A stretch of 63,813 nucleotides of DNA, counting the filler, from Thraustochytrium aureum (taxonomy: Eukaryota), in the NCBI GenBank assembly GCA_012862495.1. It is 7 parts of 4 records of this genome, joined end to end, with 100 filler letters (N's around TTAATTAATTAA, not from the genome) between each part and the next. Parts side by side here need not be neighbours in the genome. Positions count along the whole stretch, not along the records: positions 44,849 to 59,276 come from BLSG01000257.1; 6 more parts are not named here. One strand, given 5' to 3'. The translations under genes were made by a program, and so were the position numbers. The notes below the pieces were generated by a model. The model was not told the origin of the DNA, ran no database searches, and saw only the letters and a program-made list of their open reading frames with translations. Shown one piece after another: positions 44,749-56,206 of this stretch; the first letter of the stretch is position 1, and each line of letters starts with the position of its first letter.

Positions 44749-44848
44749 NNNNNNNNNNNNNNNNNNNNNNNNNNNNNNNNNNNNNNNNNNNNTTAATTAA
44801 TTAANNNNNNNNNNNNNNNNNNNNNNNNNNNNNNNNNNNNNNNNNNNN
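44749..44848. other. Artificial scaffold-joining spacer
   Basis: TTAATTAATTAA at 44793-44804 flanked by N runs. Confidence 0.97.
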
Positions 44849-44849
44849 T

Positions 44850-46232
44850 TCATGGCGAGCTCGACAACACCCGCAAAAGCTGCGCGTGCAGTCTTGGAAG
44901 TTTGACAAGCACCTTGCGAAAAAGCAGCGCGAAAACGCAGAGCGGCTCGCGCAGTCCTCGAACGAGGTAGCGCAGCTGCGTCGCTCGCGCAACGGCACCG
45001 CGAGCGCGACGGGAGGGCCGCTCTCGCGCACGTCAAGCGAGTTCCTGCTGCTTCTCGTGCACGGTTTAGCCACGCTTGTGGTCGACCCGCCATCGATGGC
45101 AGAGCAATTCCTGCGCACAAGCAAGGCAGAGAGGCTTCGCCACAGAGTGGAGCGCGAGGTCCCCTTCGAGCTGTTTGTGCACCAGCTATTCCCAGGGCTC
45201 TGCCACGCGCTCGAGCTCAACGCTGTCTGCGGCACGCGCGAGACCTGTGAGCGCCTTCTGACGCTGACCTTGCACTGCCTGGGGCGCCTAGGCCTCGCAC
45301 CTGGCAGCGCAAGGCCCGATGCCGCGGGGGTTGAGGTCGGTGCTGCGCCCCAAAACCTCGCTCAAGGGGCACCGCTGGCGCAAGGGCTCATCGATCGGTT
45401 CGCGACGCGGATGCTCGCACTTCTCGGCGCGTCCTCTTCGGTCCACGGAAACAAGTCGCGACTCACGGCTCCGATGTCGCCCCGCCGAGCCTCCGGTCGG
45501 GGCCACGAACGAGGCAGCGACGACCGGTTGGCTGAGAGCGACCTTTCCCCGACCCCAACTGAGGACGACCGCGACTCCCTTCTGACGTCTACCTCGCTCG
45601 AGATCCGCACGCTGGCTGCCATGACCAGCCTTTGCGTGCACAGGCTGAAAAGGCCCTTGGAGCCAACCACGTTTCTCACCTGCCTGCGGACTCTGAGTGC
45701 AGTGGCGAGCGAGCCAGGATGCCAAACCCTGCTGTGCGCACATCCCATCGCGCTTGAGCCAGTCGTGTACGTGCTTCGGTACACCGGTCTCCCGGCTTGG
45801 CGTGTTTGCACGAGCGAGGCGGCCGTGACGCTGCTCACGCTGACGCGCAAGGGCTCGCGGCAACAGGACTTTGTCACCCTCGTTGTGGAGACGCCGAGCT
45901 TTCGCGAGGTCTGCTCGGCGGTTCTGGACGCTGTCCTGGCGCTCCGCGACGCGCCTGGGGCAACCGCTCAGTTCGCGGCGAACCCGTTCGCGGGGTCGGT
46001 CTGCGAAGCAGCCTCTGCGATGGCAGTCTTCTTGCAGCGCCTGACAGAGTCGCACCAAGGAAAGGCGACTGCGCGCCAGATGTTTGCGCACATCGACTTG
46101 ACCGGCACGCTCGCCGAGTGCATTCGCACGGCCAGCGCGCTGCACGGACTCAACGCGGCCGAGCAAGAGAGCCTCGATTTTTTTGTGATGAACGCTAAAG
46201 CCATCGCGTCTGCGATGGCGGCAACGGCTTGA
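44850..46232 (+). CDS. Hypothetical alpha-helical (ARM-like) protein, 5' partial
   Basis: About 460 uninterrupted codons from the scaffold edge with Leu/Ala-rich amphipathic segments; family not recognised. Confidence 0.6.
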   Translation, partial: SWRARQHPQKLRVQSWKFDKHLAKKQRENAERLAQSSNEVAQLRRSRNGTASATGGPLSRTSSEFLLLLVHGLATLVVDPPSMAEQFLRTSKAERLRHRVEREVPFELFVHQLFPGLCHALELNAVCGTRETCERLLTLTLHCLGRLGLAPGSARPDAAGVEVGAAPQNLAQGAPLAQGLIDRFATRMLALLGASSSVHGNKSRLTAPMSPRRASGRGHERGSDDRLAESDLSPTPTEDDRDSLLTSTSLEIRTLAAMTSLCVHRLKRPLEPTTFLTCLRTLSAVASEPGCQTLLCAHPIALEPVVYVLRYTGLPAWRVCTSEAAVTLLTLTRKGSRQQDFVTLVVETPSFREVCSAVLDAVLALRDAPGATAQFAANPFAGSVCEAASAMAVFLQRLTESHQGKATARQMFAHIDLTGTLAECIRTASALHGLNAAEQESLDFFVMNAKAIASAMAATA

Positions 46233-46637
46233 GGGGGCGAGCGGCTTGGGAGGTGGCGCGGCTGCCGCCTTCGGCGTGTACTAGTAGGTAGGCCTAGCTA
46301 GGTAGAGTACCGGTACGGACTCTGCTGCGCTGCGATTTTGTAAACCCAAGAGAGCCCTTTTCAGTTGACTTGAAGGTGGGTCGCTCGTCGCTTGCTCAGG
46401 GCCTGGCGGCGCTGCTGCCTCCGGCGTACACAGCGAGAACGACGGTCAGGTTGTCCGTAGAGTACGTTGGTACGTTACAATGCATTTTTCTTGAAAGTTT
46501 GTTGAGGGTGGGTAGTAGTGGGTCGCTCGCGGCTCGAGCCGTGGGATCGCCCCGCGGCGCTCCGGCCCGGCAAGGCGACAACTGGGCGGAGACAACCCCC
46601 TTGCCCGCCTCCAGATCACGCTCTGTCCACCCCAGGC

Positions 46638-47054
46638 TCAGATCACAGGCTCGCCGCGCTTCTTGGTCTGCTTGCTAATGAGCGACTTGTGGATGTGTGG
46701 GATGACACCGCCGCCTGCGATCGTGGCCTTGATCAGCGTGTCCAACTCCTCGTCCCCGCGGATCGCGAGCTGCAAGTGCCGCGGCGTGATGCGCTTCACC
46801 TTGAGGTCCTTGGAGGCGTTGCCGGCCAGCTCGAGCACCTCCGCGGTAAGGTACTCGAGAATCGCGGCCGTGTACACTGCCGCCGTAGCCCCGACGCGCT
46901 GCTTGAGCGCCACGCGCTGCTTAAGAAACCGATGAACACGACCTACAGGAAACTGCAGCCCTGCGCGCGAGCTGCGCGACTGCGGCGTCTTCTTCGACGC
47001 CGGGGCCTTGCCGCCCTTGCCGCCCTTGCCACCTTTGCCGCCCTTCCCGGACAT
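46638..47054 (-). CDS. H2AZ: Histone H2A.Z
   Basis: [89 protein letters not shown]; intronless, ATG at 47054. Confidence 0.98.
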   Translation of the reverse strand: MSGKGGKGGKGGKGGKAPASKKTPQSRSSRAGLQFPVGRVHRFLKQRVALKQRVGATAAVYTAAILEYLTAEVLELAGNASKDLKVKRITPRHLQLAIRGDEELDTLIKATIAGGGVIPHIHKSLISKQTKKRGEPVI

Positions 47055-47095
47055 CTTCTCCAAAGCTCGCCCTCGCTTCTGTCCCTCTCCGCACT

Positions 47096-47139
47096 GGCCT
47101 GCCTTGCCTGCCTTGCCTGCCTTGCCTGCCTTGCCTGCC
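47096..47139. repeat. 9-bp tandem repeat (GCCTTGCCT) x~4.5 in the H2A.Z leader
   Basis: Seen directly, 40-85 nt upstream of the ATG. Confidence 0.9.
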
Positions 47140-47462
47140 TGGGTCGTTGCGTCCGTGCGGCCTCGTCAGTTTCGGGTCTGCCTCGCGCACTCGACCATTT
47201 CTTGCATCCCAATCCGGCCCTCTCGGTCCCTTCACGAAAAACCCCAAACCAGAGCAGCGCCCGCCTCACAAACCGCTCAAAAAACGATCAAAAAACGAAG
47301 CACCCCAGCAGAAAACAGCCAATCGAGCAAGCAGCAGAAATCAAAAGCTAGAGCACCGCGCACAGAGGCGAGCCTCACACCGCTTCCTCGCGCGGTTTTT
47401 CCCTCCCCTCACGGACCTTCAAACAGGGGACCAGCCCGCAATTATTTTTCCCTTCTTGCGCG

Positions 47463-47519
47463 ACCTAACTGAACCTAACCTTCGCCCGTGACCTAACCCA
47501 CGTCTCCGCCAAACCTAAC
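47463..47519. promoter_or_regulatory. Four ACCTAAC motifs in the divergent H2A.Z/decarboxylase intergenic region
   Basis: Copies at 47463, 47473, 47491 and 47513; the regulatory role is inferred from position only. Confidence 0.35.
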
Positions 47520-47703
47520 TTGACGCTCTATTATTGAAACACCCTCTATTTATGATGCAACAAGAGGCACGACAAGGCTGTCGCGAAAAGCGTCCAGGTC
47601 GCGCAGAGCCCCTGTGGGAGCCAGCCGACAGGGAAGGGCGCGGAGCTGCGAAGGAAGGCCTCGAGGAAGCAGGCAGACTGCTGGCCCACGCAGACGGCGG
47701 GCG

Positions 47704-49095
47704 ATGCAGCAGCGCGCTGGCATGGAGGACTCGACGACGACCAGACGCGAAGCTGCTGTTCGGGCCGCCACGCGCAGCGGCCTCCTCGGCAGGGGCGTGG
47801 ACGATGAGGCCGCGACCGTTGATGACAAGCCGCTTGCGCTGCTGTATGATCTTGACGTGTGGGAGGCCAACCTGGCAATCGTGAGGGAAAAGGCTTTTGC
47901 AGGGCCGCACTTTCTGCACGCCTGTGCGGTCAAGACCAACCCGCTGCAATGGTTTCTCGCGAGGGCGAATGCGCTCGGGCACGGCGCGGAATGCGCGAGC
48001 GTATCCGAGGTGGTGCATGCACTCGAGCAAGGCTTCGCTCCGCAAGATGTTGTGTACGACAGCCCCTGCAAGACGTTGGCGGAGCTCAAGTTTGCTCTCG
48101 CCAGAGGTGTCCACCTCAACGTGGACAACCTCCAAGAGCTCGAAAGGGTCAAGAGCATCATCGCAAACCAAGATATCGCCAAGGCCGAGCGGATGCCGAT
48201 CGGCATTCGTGTCAACCCTCTTGTGGGAGCGGGAACAATCGCGGCCTTCAGCGTCTCCACCGGCAAGTCAAAGTTCGGCGTGCCGCTGCCCAAACAGGGC
48301 CCCACGCGCCAGGCGGTCCTTGACGCCGTCCTCGCATGTCCCTGGGTCTCCTGCGTCCATGTGCACACCGGCTCGGGCGGCATGGGACTCGACCAGCTCG
48401 TCTCAGGCGTGCGAACTGCCGTCGACTTTGCGCTCGAGGTCAACGCGATGGCAGGGTCGCGCCAGATCCGAATTATCGACATGGGTGGTGGCCTCGCGGT
48501 GGACTTTTCCTCTGATGTGGCGCTCTCTGCTTTTGAGCCCTATGCTGCGGCGCTGCGCGTCGCAGTGCCGGAAATCTTCGATTCAGCTTGCTTTGATCGA
48601 GTCATCACCGAGTTTGGCGCCGCGCTGCAGTGCAAGTTCGCAATGATGGCGTCGCGCGTAGAATACACAAAGTCGTACGACGGCGGCCGGATCGCCCTGA
48701 TCCATGCGGGCTCGGACATCTTCATGCGGGCTTGCTACTGCCCAGATACCTTTGTGCACCATCGTGTGTTCGCCTTTGACGCGCAGGGCGAGCCCAAGCG
48801 CGCTGCGCAGGAGGACCTCGCCCGAACGGACATTGCAGGCCCGCTTTGCTTTGCTGGGGACGTTGTTGTGAGGGACGCCCTGCTGCCGCCGCTTGATGTA
48901 AACGATATCGTTGTGCTTGCTGATGCTGGCGGCAACTCCCTCAGCATTCGCACTTCGCACTGCAGCCGTCAGTCTCCACCAGTGTATGGTTTCAGGATAT
49001 CCGAGAGCGGCGAAGTGGCCTTTGTGGTTTTGCAGCACGGCCAGCCGGTAGAGGCGACGTTGGCGCAATGGAAAGACCGCGTGCCGAGCGCCTAG
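47704..49095 (+). CDS. Group IV (fold-type III) PLP-dependent decarboxylase, diaminopimelate/ornithine decarboxylase-like
   Basis: AVKTNP (PLP lysine), AECASVSE, VYDSPCKT, NVDNLQEL, GIRVNP.VGAG...SKFG, HVHTGS, IDMGGGL, TEFG, AGPLCFAGD. Start 47704 or 47722. Confidence 0.9.
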   Translation: MQQRAGMEDSTTTRREAAVRAATRSGLLGRGVDDEAATVDDKPLALLYDLDVWEANLAIVREKAFAGPHFLHACAVKTNPLQWFLARANALGHGAECASVSEVVHALEQGFAPQDVVYDSPCKTLAELKFALARGVHLNVDNLQELERVKSIIANQDIAKAERMPIGIRVNPLVGAGTIAAFSVSTGKSKFGVPLPKQGPTRQAVLDAVLACPWVSCVHVHTGSGGMGLDQLVSGVRTAVDFALEVNAMAGSRQIRIIDMGGGLAVDFSSDVALSAFEPYAAALRVAVPEIFDSACFDRVITEFGAALQCKFAMMASRVEYTKSYDGGRIALIHAGSDIFMRACYCPDTFVHHRVFAFDAQGEPKRAAQEDLARTDIAGPLCFAGDVVVRDALLPPLDVNDIVVLADAGGNSLSIRTSHCSRQSPPVYGFRISESGEVAFVVLQHGQPVEATLAQWKDRVPSA

Positions 49096-49256
49096 CGCAA
49101 TAGCAAGCCTGTGGAAAAATTGTTTCTCACTCACTGTCGAGTCGTCTACTCTCGAAGCCAAATGCTCCGAGCTCTAGTCTAGACAGTGCCGCACTGGGGA
49201 GCGCGACCTGGCGAGCTGCCTTCCGCAAGTCGCCCCACAAGCAACTCTGGGACTCT

Positions 49257-50832
49257 CTAGAGCAAGCACTGCCTGCTGTCCGCGGCTGGGCTCCCCGGCA
49301 AAAGCTGTGGCTCGCCCTGGCATTCAGCCCGACTCACGAGCGGGTCGACCTCCGAGCGCACTCGAGCTTCTCTGCACATTTCGCTCCAGTCTGTGCGCAG
49401 CACAAACCCCCACAAAACCACACCCTTGACCACCTCCGCGCAGACTTGGCCCATGAAAATGCCCGCAACTGGTCTGTCGCGGAATGCAGGCACTGAATAG
49501 GCGAACAGAATCGCTCCGGGGACCTGACAAAGCCACATACTCAAGGTCAACACCACTGCGATCAGGCGCGTCTGCGCCATCGTCTCGAGCACGTCGACCG
49601 CGCACATGGCGATGCATGCGAAGAAATACTCTACCACGAGAGATCCCATCGCGTCGCAAACCACGGCCTGGGTCTCGGCATCGTCAGTATACAGGGCGGC
49701 GATCTCCCTCCGTAACCCGTACGAAATCGAGCCGACCACGCTGCACACCACAAGGGTGGCAAGAATAGAGAGCTTGAGGACCAGCTTTGCGCCCTCCGGA
49801 GACCCCGCTCCTAGGTGCTTGCCGACGCGGACCTGGAGGCCAAGGCCACAGCCGATAGTAGAGACTCCAGCACACGCCCCAGTGCGCGTCGAGGATGCCG
49901 AGCCCAGCGACGCGGGCACTTCCAAGCCGCCCTGCAGTCATTATGATCACATTCAGCCCGGCGTCCTCCAGAACGGATCCAAGCGAGATGGGGAGAAACA
50001 TGCGCGCAAAGGCGAGCACGCGGTCTCGCCTGAAGGTCTCCATGGTCCAGCCGTCCCAGTATGGCTTGTGGAAACCCATTGCCATCACGACAAAGCCAAC
50101 GAACGCAAGGACCTGCGCCATGGCGACAACCAGTGTCGACACGGCTGACCCGATGAACCCCCAGCCCACTGGTCCATCCAGCGGCACAATCACCCAGTTT
50201 GCAGCGACGTTGAGGCCCACAGCTCCGATGCAGACGACCATTGCCGGCGTCACGACCTCGATCGCTTGAAAGAACTGCCGAAGGATGAAGAAAAGGACCA
50301 ACAACACGGTTGTTCCGATTGTGACCATTGCAAACTCTTGGGCGAGGTGGGGAGCATCTGGGTCGTCTGTAAGCTGCGCGACGACCGTGCCAGTCAAGAG
50401 TTTTGTGACTAAGGCTGGGACGAGCAGGAGACTCGAAAAGGCGAGGGCCATCTGCAGCCATATGCCTGCGAGCTTGGGGTTGTTGGCACCAATGGCCTGC
50501 GCAACCAGGCAACTGAGTGCGCCTCCTGGGCCGTACAGCGCGGAGATGAAGATAGAGTCCCAGGCTCGGAGCAGAGACATTGCGGCCAACTCGCTTTTAC
50601 CGAGATGTCCCACAAACGCTGTGTCGGTCATGTACATGGCTTGCCGGGCGCTCATTGTGAGCGCCCCTGTTAGGCCGAGCTTGGACAGCTCCTTCGCTTC
50701 GTGCAGTGCGCTCAGGCGTCGGTCGCCTGCATGGTCCGCAACGTCGCCACCAAGCAAGGGGGCGCGGCCATCTTCGAGAAGCGCTGCTGATCCGCCCGGC
50801 GTAACGGTCTGGGCAGTATCCAGTTCACCCAT
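49257..50832 (-). CDS. MATE family transporter; one frameshift near 49855
   Basis: DTAFVGHLGKSELAA, LVAQAIGA, RQFFQA, GWGFIGSAVST, then GLQVRVGKHLGAG, IAALYTDD. Frames 49684..50832 and 49257..49925 join after WSLYY. Confidence 0.9.
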
Positions 50833-51603
50833 GCTCTGGCTGTCCGCGCAGGTACTTGGCGAGTCCTCTGGCGCTGATCCGCGTGCTGCAGTTGCTCGAG
50901 CTTGGGAGCAAGTTTCGCAAGGCCCCGGCGACCTCGGTTTCGCGAGGCTTGCAGCGCTTCGATCTGGGTCTGCTTGACACTACTCGGTACGTACATATGT
51001 ACTAGTGCAAGGAGAAGACCCAGGAACGCGCCTCGGCAACGTTGCAGAAGCATCCCTGGCTCTCGCGCATCAACGGTGCCCGCCACAAAAACGCACAGCG
51101 CCCAACGAGACCGACAAGAGCGGTTTTCGCTCCATCGGCCGGGTGAGCGAATGGCCAGCGAGCGGGACTCCTCCCCAGGCCCCCAGTGCTCTCTGTGCCC
51201 TGCAACGCTGCCTTCTCACTGGCGAGCGAGCAGCAAGAGGGTGGTCGCTGTTCTTGCAATGGTCCTGGGCCAAAGTGTGAATTCGAGCCCAATTCCGTTG
51301 TTTACGGAAATGCACGCGACACTCCACGCGTTGGGCGCCAACGGACACCTTTGCGAGTTGACCAACGGCCACGATTGTGCGCACGACCGGCCGTGCGCAG
51401 GAGCTGGACAGCGCGGTACGTGCACGAGCGTGCCCAAGCAACTCGGCGCGTGTTGTGCACGAGGCCTGGGGCCAGCAGACCAGGCCTGATCCCTGAGACG
51501 CAGAAAGGGGCCCTTCGCACAGGCGCGAAGCAGCAGCACAGGTCCACGCAGCGCGTGGTTGCTCTTTTTGCTGCGGCGAGAGACCCGGCACGCCAACGCC
51601 TGG

Positions 51604-54600
51604 ATGGCGCCTGGCCACGAAGATGCAGGCGCGCCTGGCCTCGGTCGGGCCGGCAAGCAAGTCGAGTCCAATGACGGCGCAAGTTTGATTCCAGTTGTTC
51701 TCGAAATGGAGAGCGCGTTCGGCGTGTCAGGCAACGTGCGAGATAACATCGCCTACGTGGGCGAGAACGAAATTGTAAACCCTGTTGGAATGCATCTCTG
51801 CTTCACCAACACGGAGACACTAGTCACATCGTTCCTGACGCGCGAGCGGCGCATTCGCGCAATTTGCGTCGCGCCAAACCTGAGCGTCATGGCAATCTCG
51901 GAGTGCGGGTCGGCAAGCGACGCGGAGGCGGTGATCTCGATCATTCACATCCCGACGCAGCGCACAATCCGCGAGCTTCGCCTTGNNNNNNNNNNNNNNN
52001 NNNNNNNNNNNNNNNNNNNNNNNNNNNNNNNNNNNNNNNNNNNNNNNNNNNNNNNNNNNNNNNNNNNNNNNNNNNNNNNNNNNNNNNNNNNNNNNNNNNN
52101 NNNNNNNNNNNNNNNNNNNNNNNNNNNNNNNNNNNNNNNNNNNNNNNNNNNNNNNNNNNNNNGCTGGAGCTCGTGTACTGGAAGTGGGAGGGCGAGAAAG
52201 CACTTGCGCGCGCCAAATGCCCAAGCGTGGCGACGCGCGTCCGGTTTCGTCCAGGGGACAACACGGCCGTAACCGTGAGCGGCCCCAGCTTGCTGCGCCA
52301 GTTCAAGCTGGCGTCCAACTTTACCTTGAAGGGCGTTGCGACGATGCCGGCAAGGAAAGAGTCGGCCGAGAATTTCACCGACCACGACTGGCTTGATGGG
52401 CGGATCTTGGTGGCTCTATGTGAAACGGGTACCTGCATCGTCTTTCAAGCAGACTCGCTCGGCGATGCGGGGGGGGCAACGTCCAACAAGGCAGTCGGCG
52501 CTGCTGGAGACGCAGAGAGATCGGCAAAGGCCAAGTCAGGGACTTCCTCGTTCGCATCAAAGCAGGTGAAGCTAGCAATAGTTCAGACCCTCCCGCTTCG
52601 CGTTCGGGAAGACGCGGACGCGATTAGAGCAGAGACGCTTGGACGGCTACGTAAAGGCTTTGTAGTCGCTGGCACGTGTGGGTACTTTGCCGTCTTCGAG
52701 TCGGCGGGACTGGACTCGGACGACTTGTTCATGGCGATCAAGACCTTCCAAGCCGCCTCCCGCGAGCACTTTGCCTCCGTCGCGGTGGCTCCGGGCAGCG
52801 AGACGGTCATGTGCTACAGCAAGAGCAACAGGATCTTGGCCTTCCCGCTTGGCAAGCTGGACATGCTCCTGGAGAACCAGGACCCGTTTAAAGCGTTTCC
52901 GTTTGAGCAGCACCGAGGCCCCATTGTGGCCATGGACGTCTGCTTCGGCCCAAAGCCCACGATCGTCACCGCGGGGCTGGACAAGCTCGTCCGGATCGTC
53001 AACTACGACACGATGAAGTGCGAACTGGAACACAAGATCACCCCCAGTTACGGCGACCCTGTGAGCCTGGCCATCCATCCCAGCGGATCCCTCCTCGTCG
53101 TCGCTTTCAAAGAGCATATTCGGATCTACGACGTCCTCTTGGGCCACCTGCGTGAGAAGGGCAACATCTTTCTGAAGCAGTGCAGCCACGTCCGCTTCTC
53201 GCACGGGGGGCAGTACCTGGCCTGCACGACGAACATAATGGTGCACTTGTACGGCACCTACACAGCGCGCCTTGTCCACTCTTTTACCGAGCACATTGGC
53301 CAGGTGAAGAACTTTGCGTTTTCGATGGATGATGGCGCGCTCTGCTCGGTTGGCGTGGACGGCGCGGTCTACTCGCGCTCGCTCGAGACCAAGCAAGTCA
53401 TCGAGCAGGTTTGTCAGAGCTTTGAAACTTGCCAGCTCTTCTGTGTCGCCGTAAACGTGGCCTGCGACCGACTTGTCGTGTGCGGCTCGGACGGCGTCCT
53501 GCGCGAGGTGCACGGCGGGAAAGAGGTATTTAGCTGCCCTGTCGAGGTGCGAACGGAAGAGGAGCGCGCCGAGCAACGAGCCAACATGCAGGGGCAGTCG
53601 CACGGCCCCGGCGGTCCCTCGTCCCACGCCGACGAGGAGGAGGTCGTTGGGGAGCGCAACAGTGCAACGACGCCTTTCGTCGGAACACCCGGCGCAAAGC
53701 TGGTCCCCAAGCAGCTGCAGGGCCGCCGCGGCGTCATCGGGGGGCGGCAGGGTTTCCCGGCGGCGGTGCGCACGAAATCGACGTCGAGGAGTCGGTCACC
53801 TGCTTGCTTCTGAACTACGCCGAGACCGCCCTCTATGCAGGAACCTCGTCAGGGGCTGTGCGCANNNNNNNNNNNNNNNNNNNNNNNNNNNNNNNNNNNN
53901 NNNNNNNNNNNNNNNNNNNNNNNNNNNNNNNNNNNNNNNNNNNNNNNNNNNNNNNNNNNNNNNNNNNNNNNNNNNNNNNNNNNNNNNNNNNNNNNNNNNN
54001 NNNNNNNNNNNNNNNNNNNNNNNNNNNNNNNNNNNNNNNNNNNNNNNNNNNNNNNNNNNNNNNNNNNNNNNNNNNNNNNNNNNNNNNNNNNNNNNNNNNN
54101 NNNNNNNNNNNNNNNNNNNNNNNNNNNNNNNNNNNNNNNNNNNNNNNNNNNNNNNNNNNNNNNNNNNNNNNNNNNNNNNNNNNNNNNNNNNNNNNNNNNN
54201 NNNNNNNNNNNNNNNNNNNNNNNNNNNNNNNNNNNNNNNNNNNNNNNNNNNNNNNNNNNNNNATGGAAGAGCTCGAAAAGGTAAAGACGGACTTTGCCAA
54301 GGAGAGGGAGCGCCTGCAGGTGCAGATTGATGGCTTGGAGACAGAGCTCAAGCTGGAGCGCGCCAAGGCCGAGGAGGAGCGTTCGCAGCAAGAGCGCGAG
54401 TACGAGCTCGAAATTCTCCGTCTCAAGGGCAGCGCGGAGACCGCCGTGGAGAAGGAGCGGCAGGTCAGCGCGCGCAAGCAGGGCCAGCTCGTCCAGCAGC
54501 GCAACAAGAACGACCGGCTTCGGAACAAGATGGCATCGATGAAGACCAGCAAAGCCGAAGACGACGCAAAAATCGCTGCCCTAGAGGAAAAGGTTGCCAA

Positions 54601-56206
54601 CCTGCAAAGCACCCTTCGAAGGTACGAGCGCAACCTGGAGGAGCGCGAGATGGCCTTCCAGGAGAAGGAAAAGATGATTCTCAACCTCAGGTCGAGCAAC
54701 AAGACACTCGACAACTTCCGGTACGTTCTCGACTACAGAATCGAAAAACTCATGGAGGAGAAAGGCCCGATCCAGGAGCACATCGCCAAGCTCGAGGCCC
54801 ACATAAAGGAAATGTACACCGAGCTCGTTTCCGAGTTTCATCGGAAAAAGGCCGTCGAAATGCAGATGAACCACAAGGAGCTCAAGGTGGACTCGCTGTC
54901 GAACGAGGTGAGCAAGATGCGCGTTCGCCTCCGCGAAAAGGATCGCGAAAACACCTCTCTGGTGCATATCATCTCCACAAGCGTCCGCCTCGGGAGCGAC
55001 CCCAAGCAAGCGGTGCAGTTCCTCACCGACGCGTACCGGAAGCAGATCCTCAAGGACAGCTCCGGCACGCGCAAGCGCCAGGGGCTCCACCGGGGACAGA
55101 GTCTGGGCGCGCCGGCATCGGCGGAGTTGTCGGTGGAGCGTCCGCAAGCTCGGGATGGCGGCGGCATTGCGGCAGGCACTGGCGCTCTGGCCGGGCACTC
55201 GAGCGCCGCGCTTGGTGCCGCCCGGGGCACCAGTGCAGGAGCGCACGGCGATGGCGTGATGGCAGGCTCTGGCGGAGTGGCAGCTGCAAGTTCCGACGCC
55301 CTCACGGCGGCGCTGAAAAAGGCCGAAATCCAGCAGCAGATGGATGCGCTGCTGGACTCGACCTCAAGAAACTCGCCTGAGGAGGCGCAGCGTCAGCGCG
55401 AGTACATGCAGCGGTCGCTGGACGCGATGCAGAGGGCACTCCGCATCTCGGAGAAGAAGCTGCACGAAAAGTCGAAGCGGGCCGTCCAGGAGAATGCCAT
55501 CCTTATTGAAGAGTGCAACCGCCTGCGCAAGGAGTCGCTGCAGTACAAGCTCAAAAGCGAGGAGCTCGAGGGCCGCCTCGCGGAATCGATGCGCAAGCTC
55601 CGCAAAACAGTCTCTTTGCAGCAAGCCGGCCAGCTCGGGCTGTCCACGGCGGCCTCGACAGCCTCCATGCCGGAGTCGGCAGAGGGCTCGCCGCGGCGAG
55701 AAGGCGCGCCGCGCCTCGCCATGAGTAGCAACCAAATGGGCGAGCCGATCTACGCAGAGATGGTCCCGCTCGATCGCGATCGCCCGTCCACATCCAACTA
55801 CCCGAGCCGCTCGGAGCGCTCGGAGGACGACTCGCCGCTGCCTACGCCTGCTCGCATGCCGCGAGGTGGCCTTGGTATCGTAACCAAGAGCCCGATAAAC
55901 GCTCGCCCCAATACCGCCTGCGCGGACGGTGGCGGGCAGAACGACCGCTCGAACAAGCCGTGGCTGGCCCAGCGCCGAAACCAGACGCGGACTGCGGGCA
56001 GGCCCGGGCAGCAGGCCACAGTTGTGGAAAAGTTGCTGCAGTCGCTCGACGACGCGAACCGCGAGATTACGATGCAGCGCAGCGAGATTCACAAACTCCG
56101 GTCGCAGATGCAGACACGAGCCGCCGCCAGCGCGGCTCAGTCGCTCGCGTCGCTCGGCCCGCCGACGCCAATCTCCACGAGCAAGTGCACGGTCGTGCTC
56201 AAGTAG
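51604..56206 (+). CDS. CFAP57: Cilia- and flagella-associated protein 57 (CFAP57/WDR65)-like: WD40 repeats plus coiled coil; two gaps and a frameshift near 53740
   Basis: AFGVSGNVRDNIAY..E..IV.PVG, YWKWE..K, H.GPI.AMDVC..KP.I.T.GLDK.VRI.NY, LAIHPSG, RFSHGGQYLAC; coiled coil EKEKMILNLRSSNKTLDNFRYVLDYRIEKL and QENAILIEECNRLRKE. Confidence 0.85.

Noticed and set aside
44850..46232. ASPM-like C-terminus (IQ plus ARM)
   Set aside because: Only a vague WRAR start and helical character; no recognisable ASPM motifs.
44168..56206. Flagellar gene cluster (mastigoneme, CFAP57, Sfi1-like)
   Set aside because: The genes are separated by an artificial spacer and by unrelated housekeeping genes.
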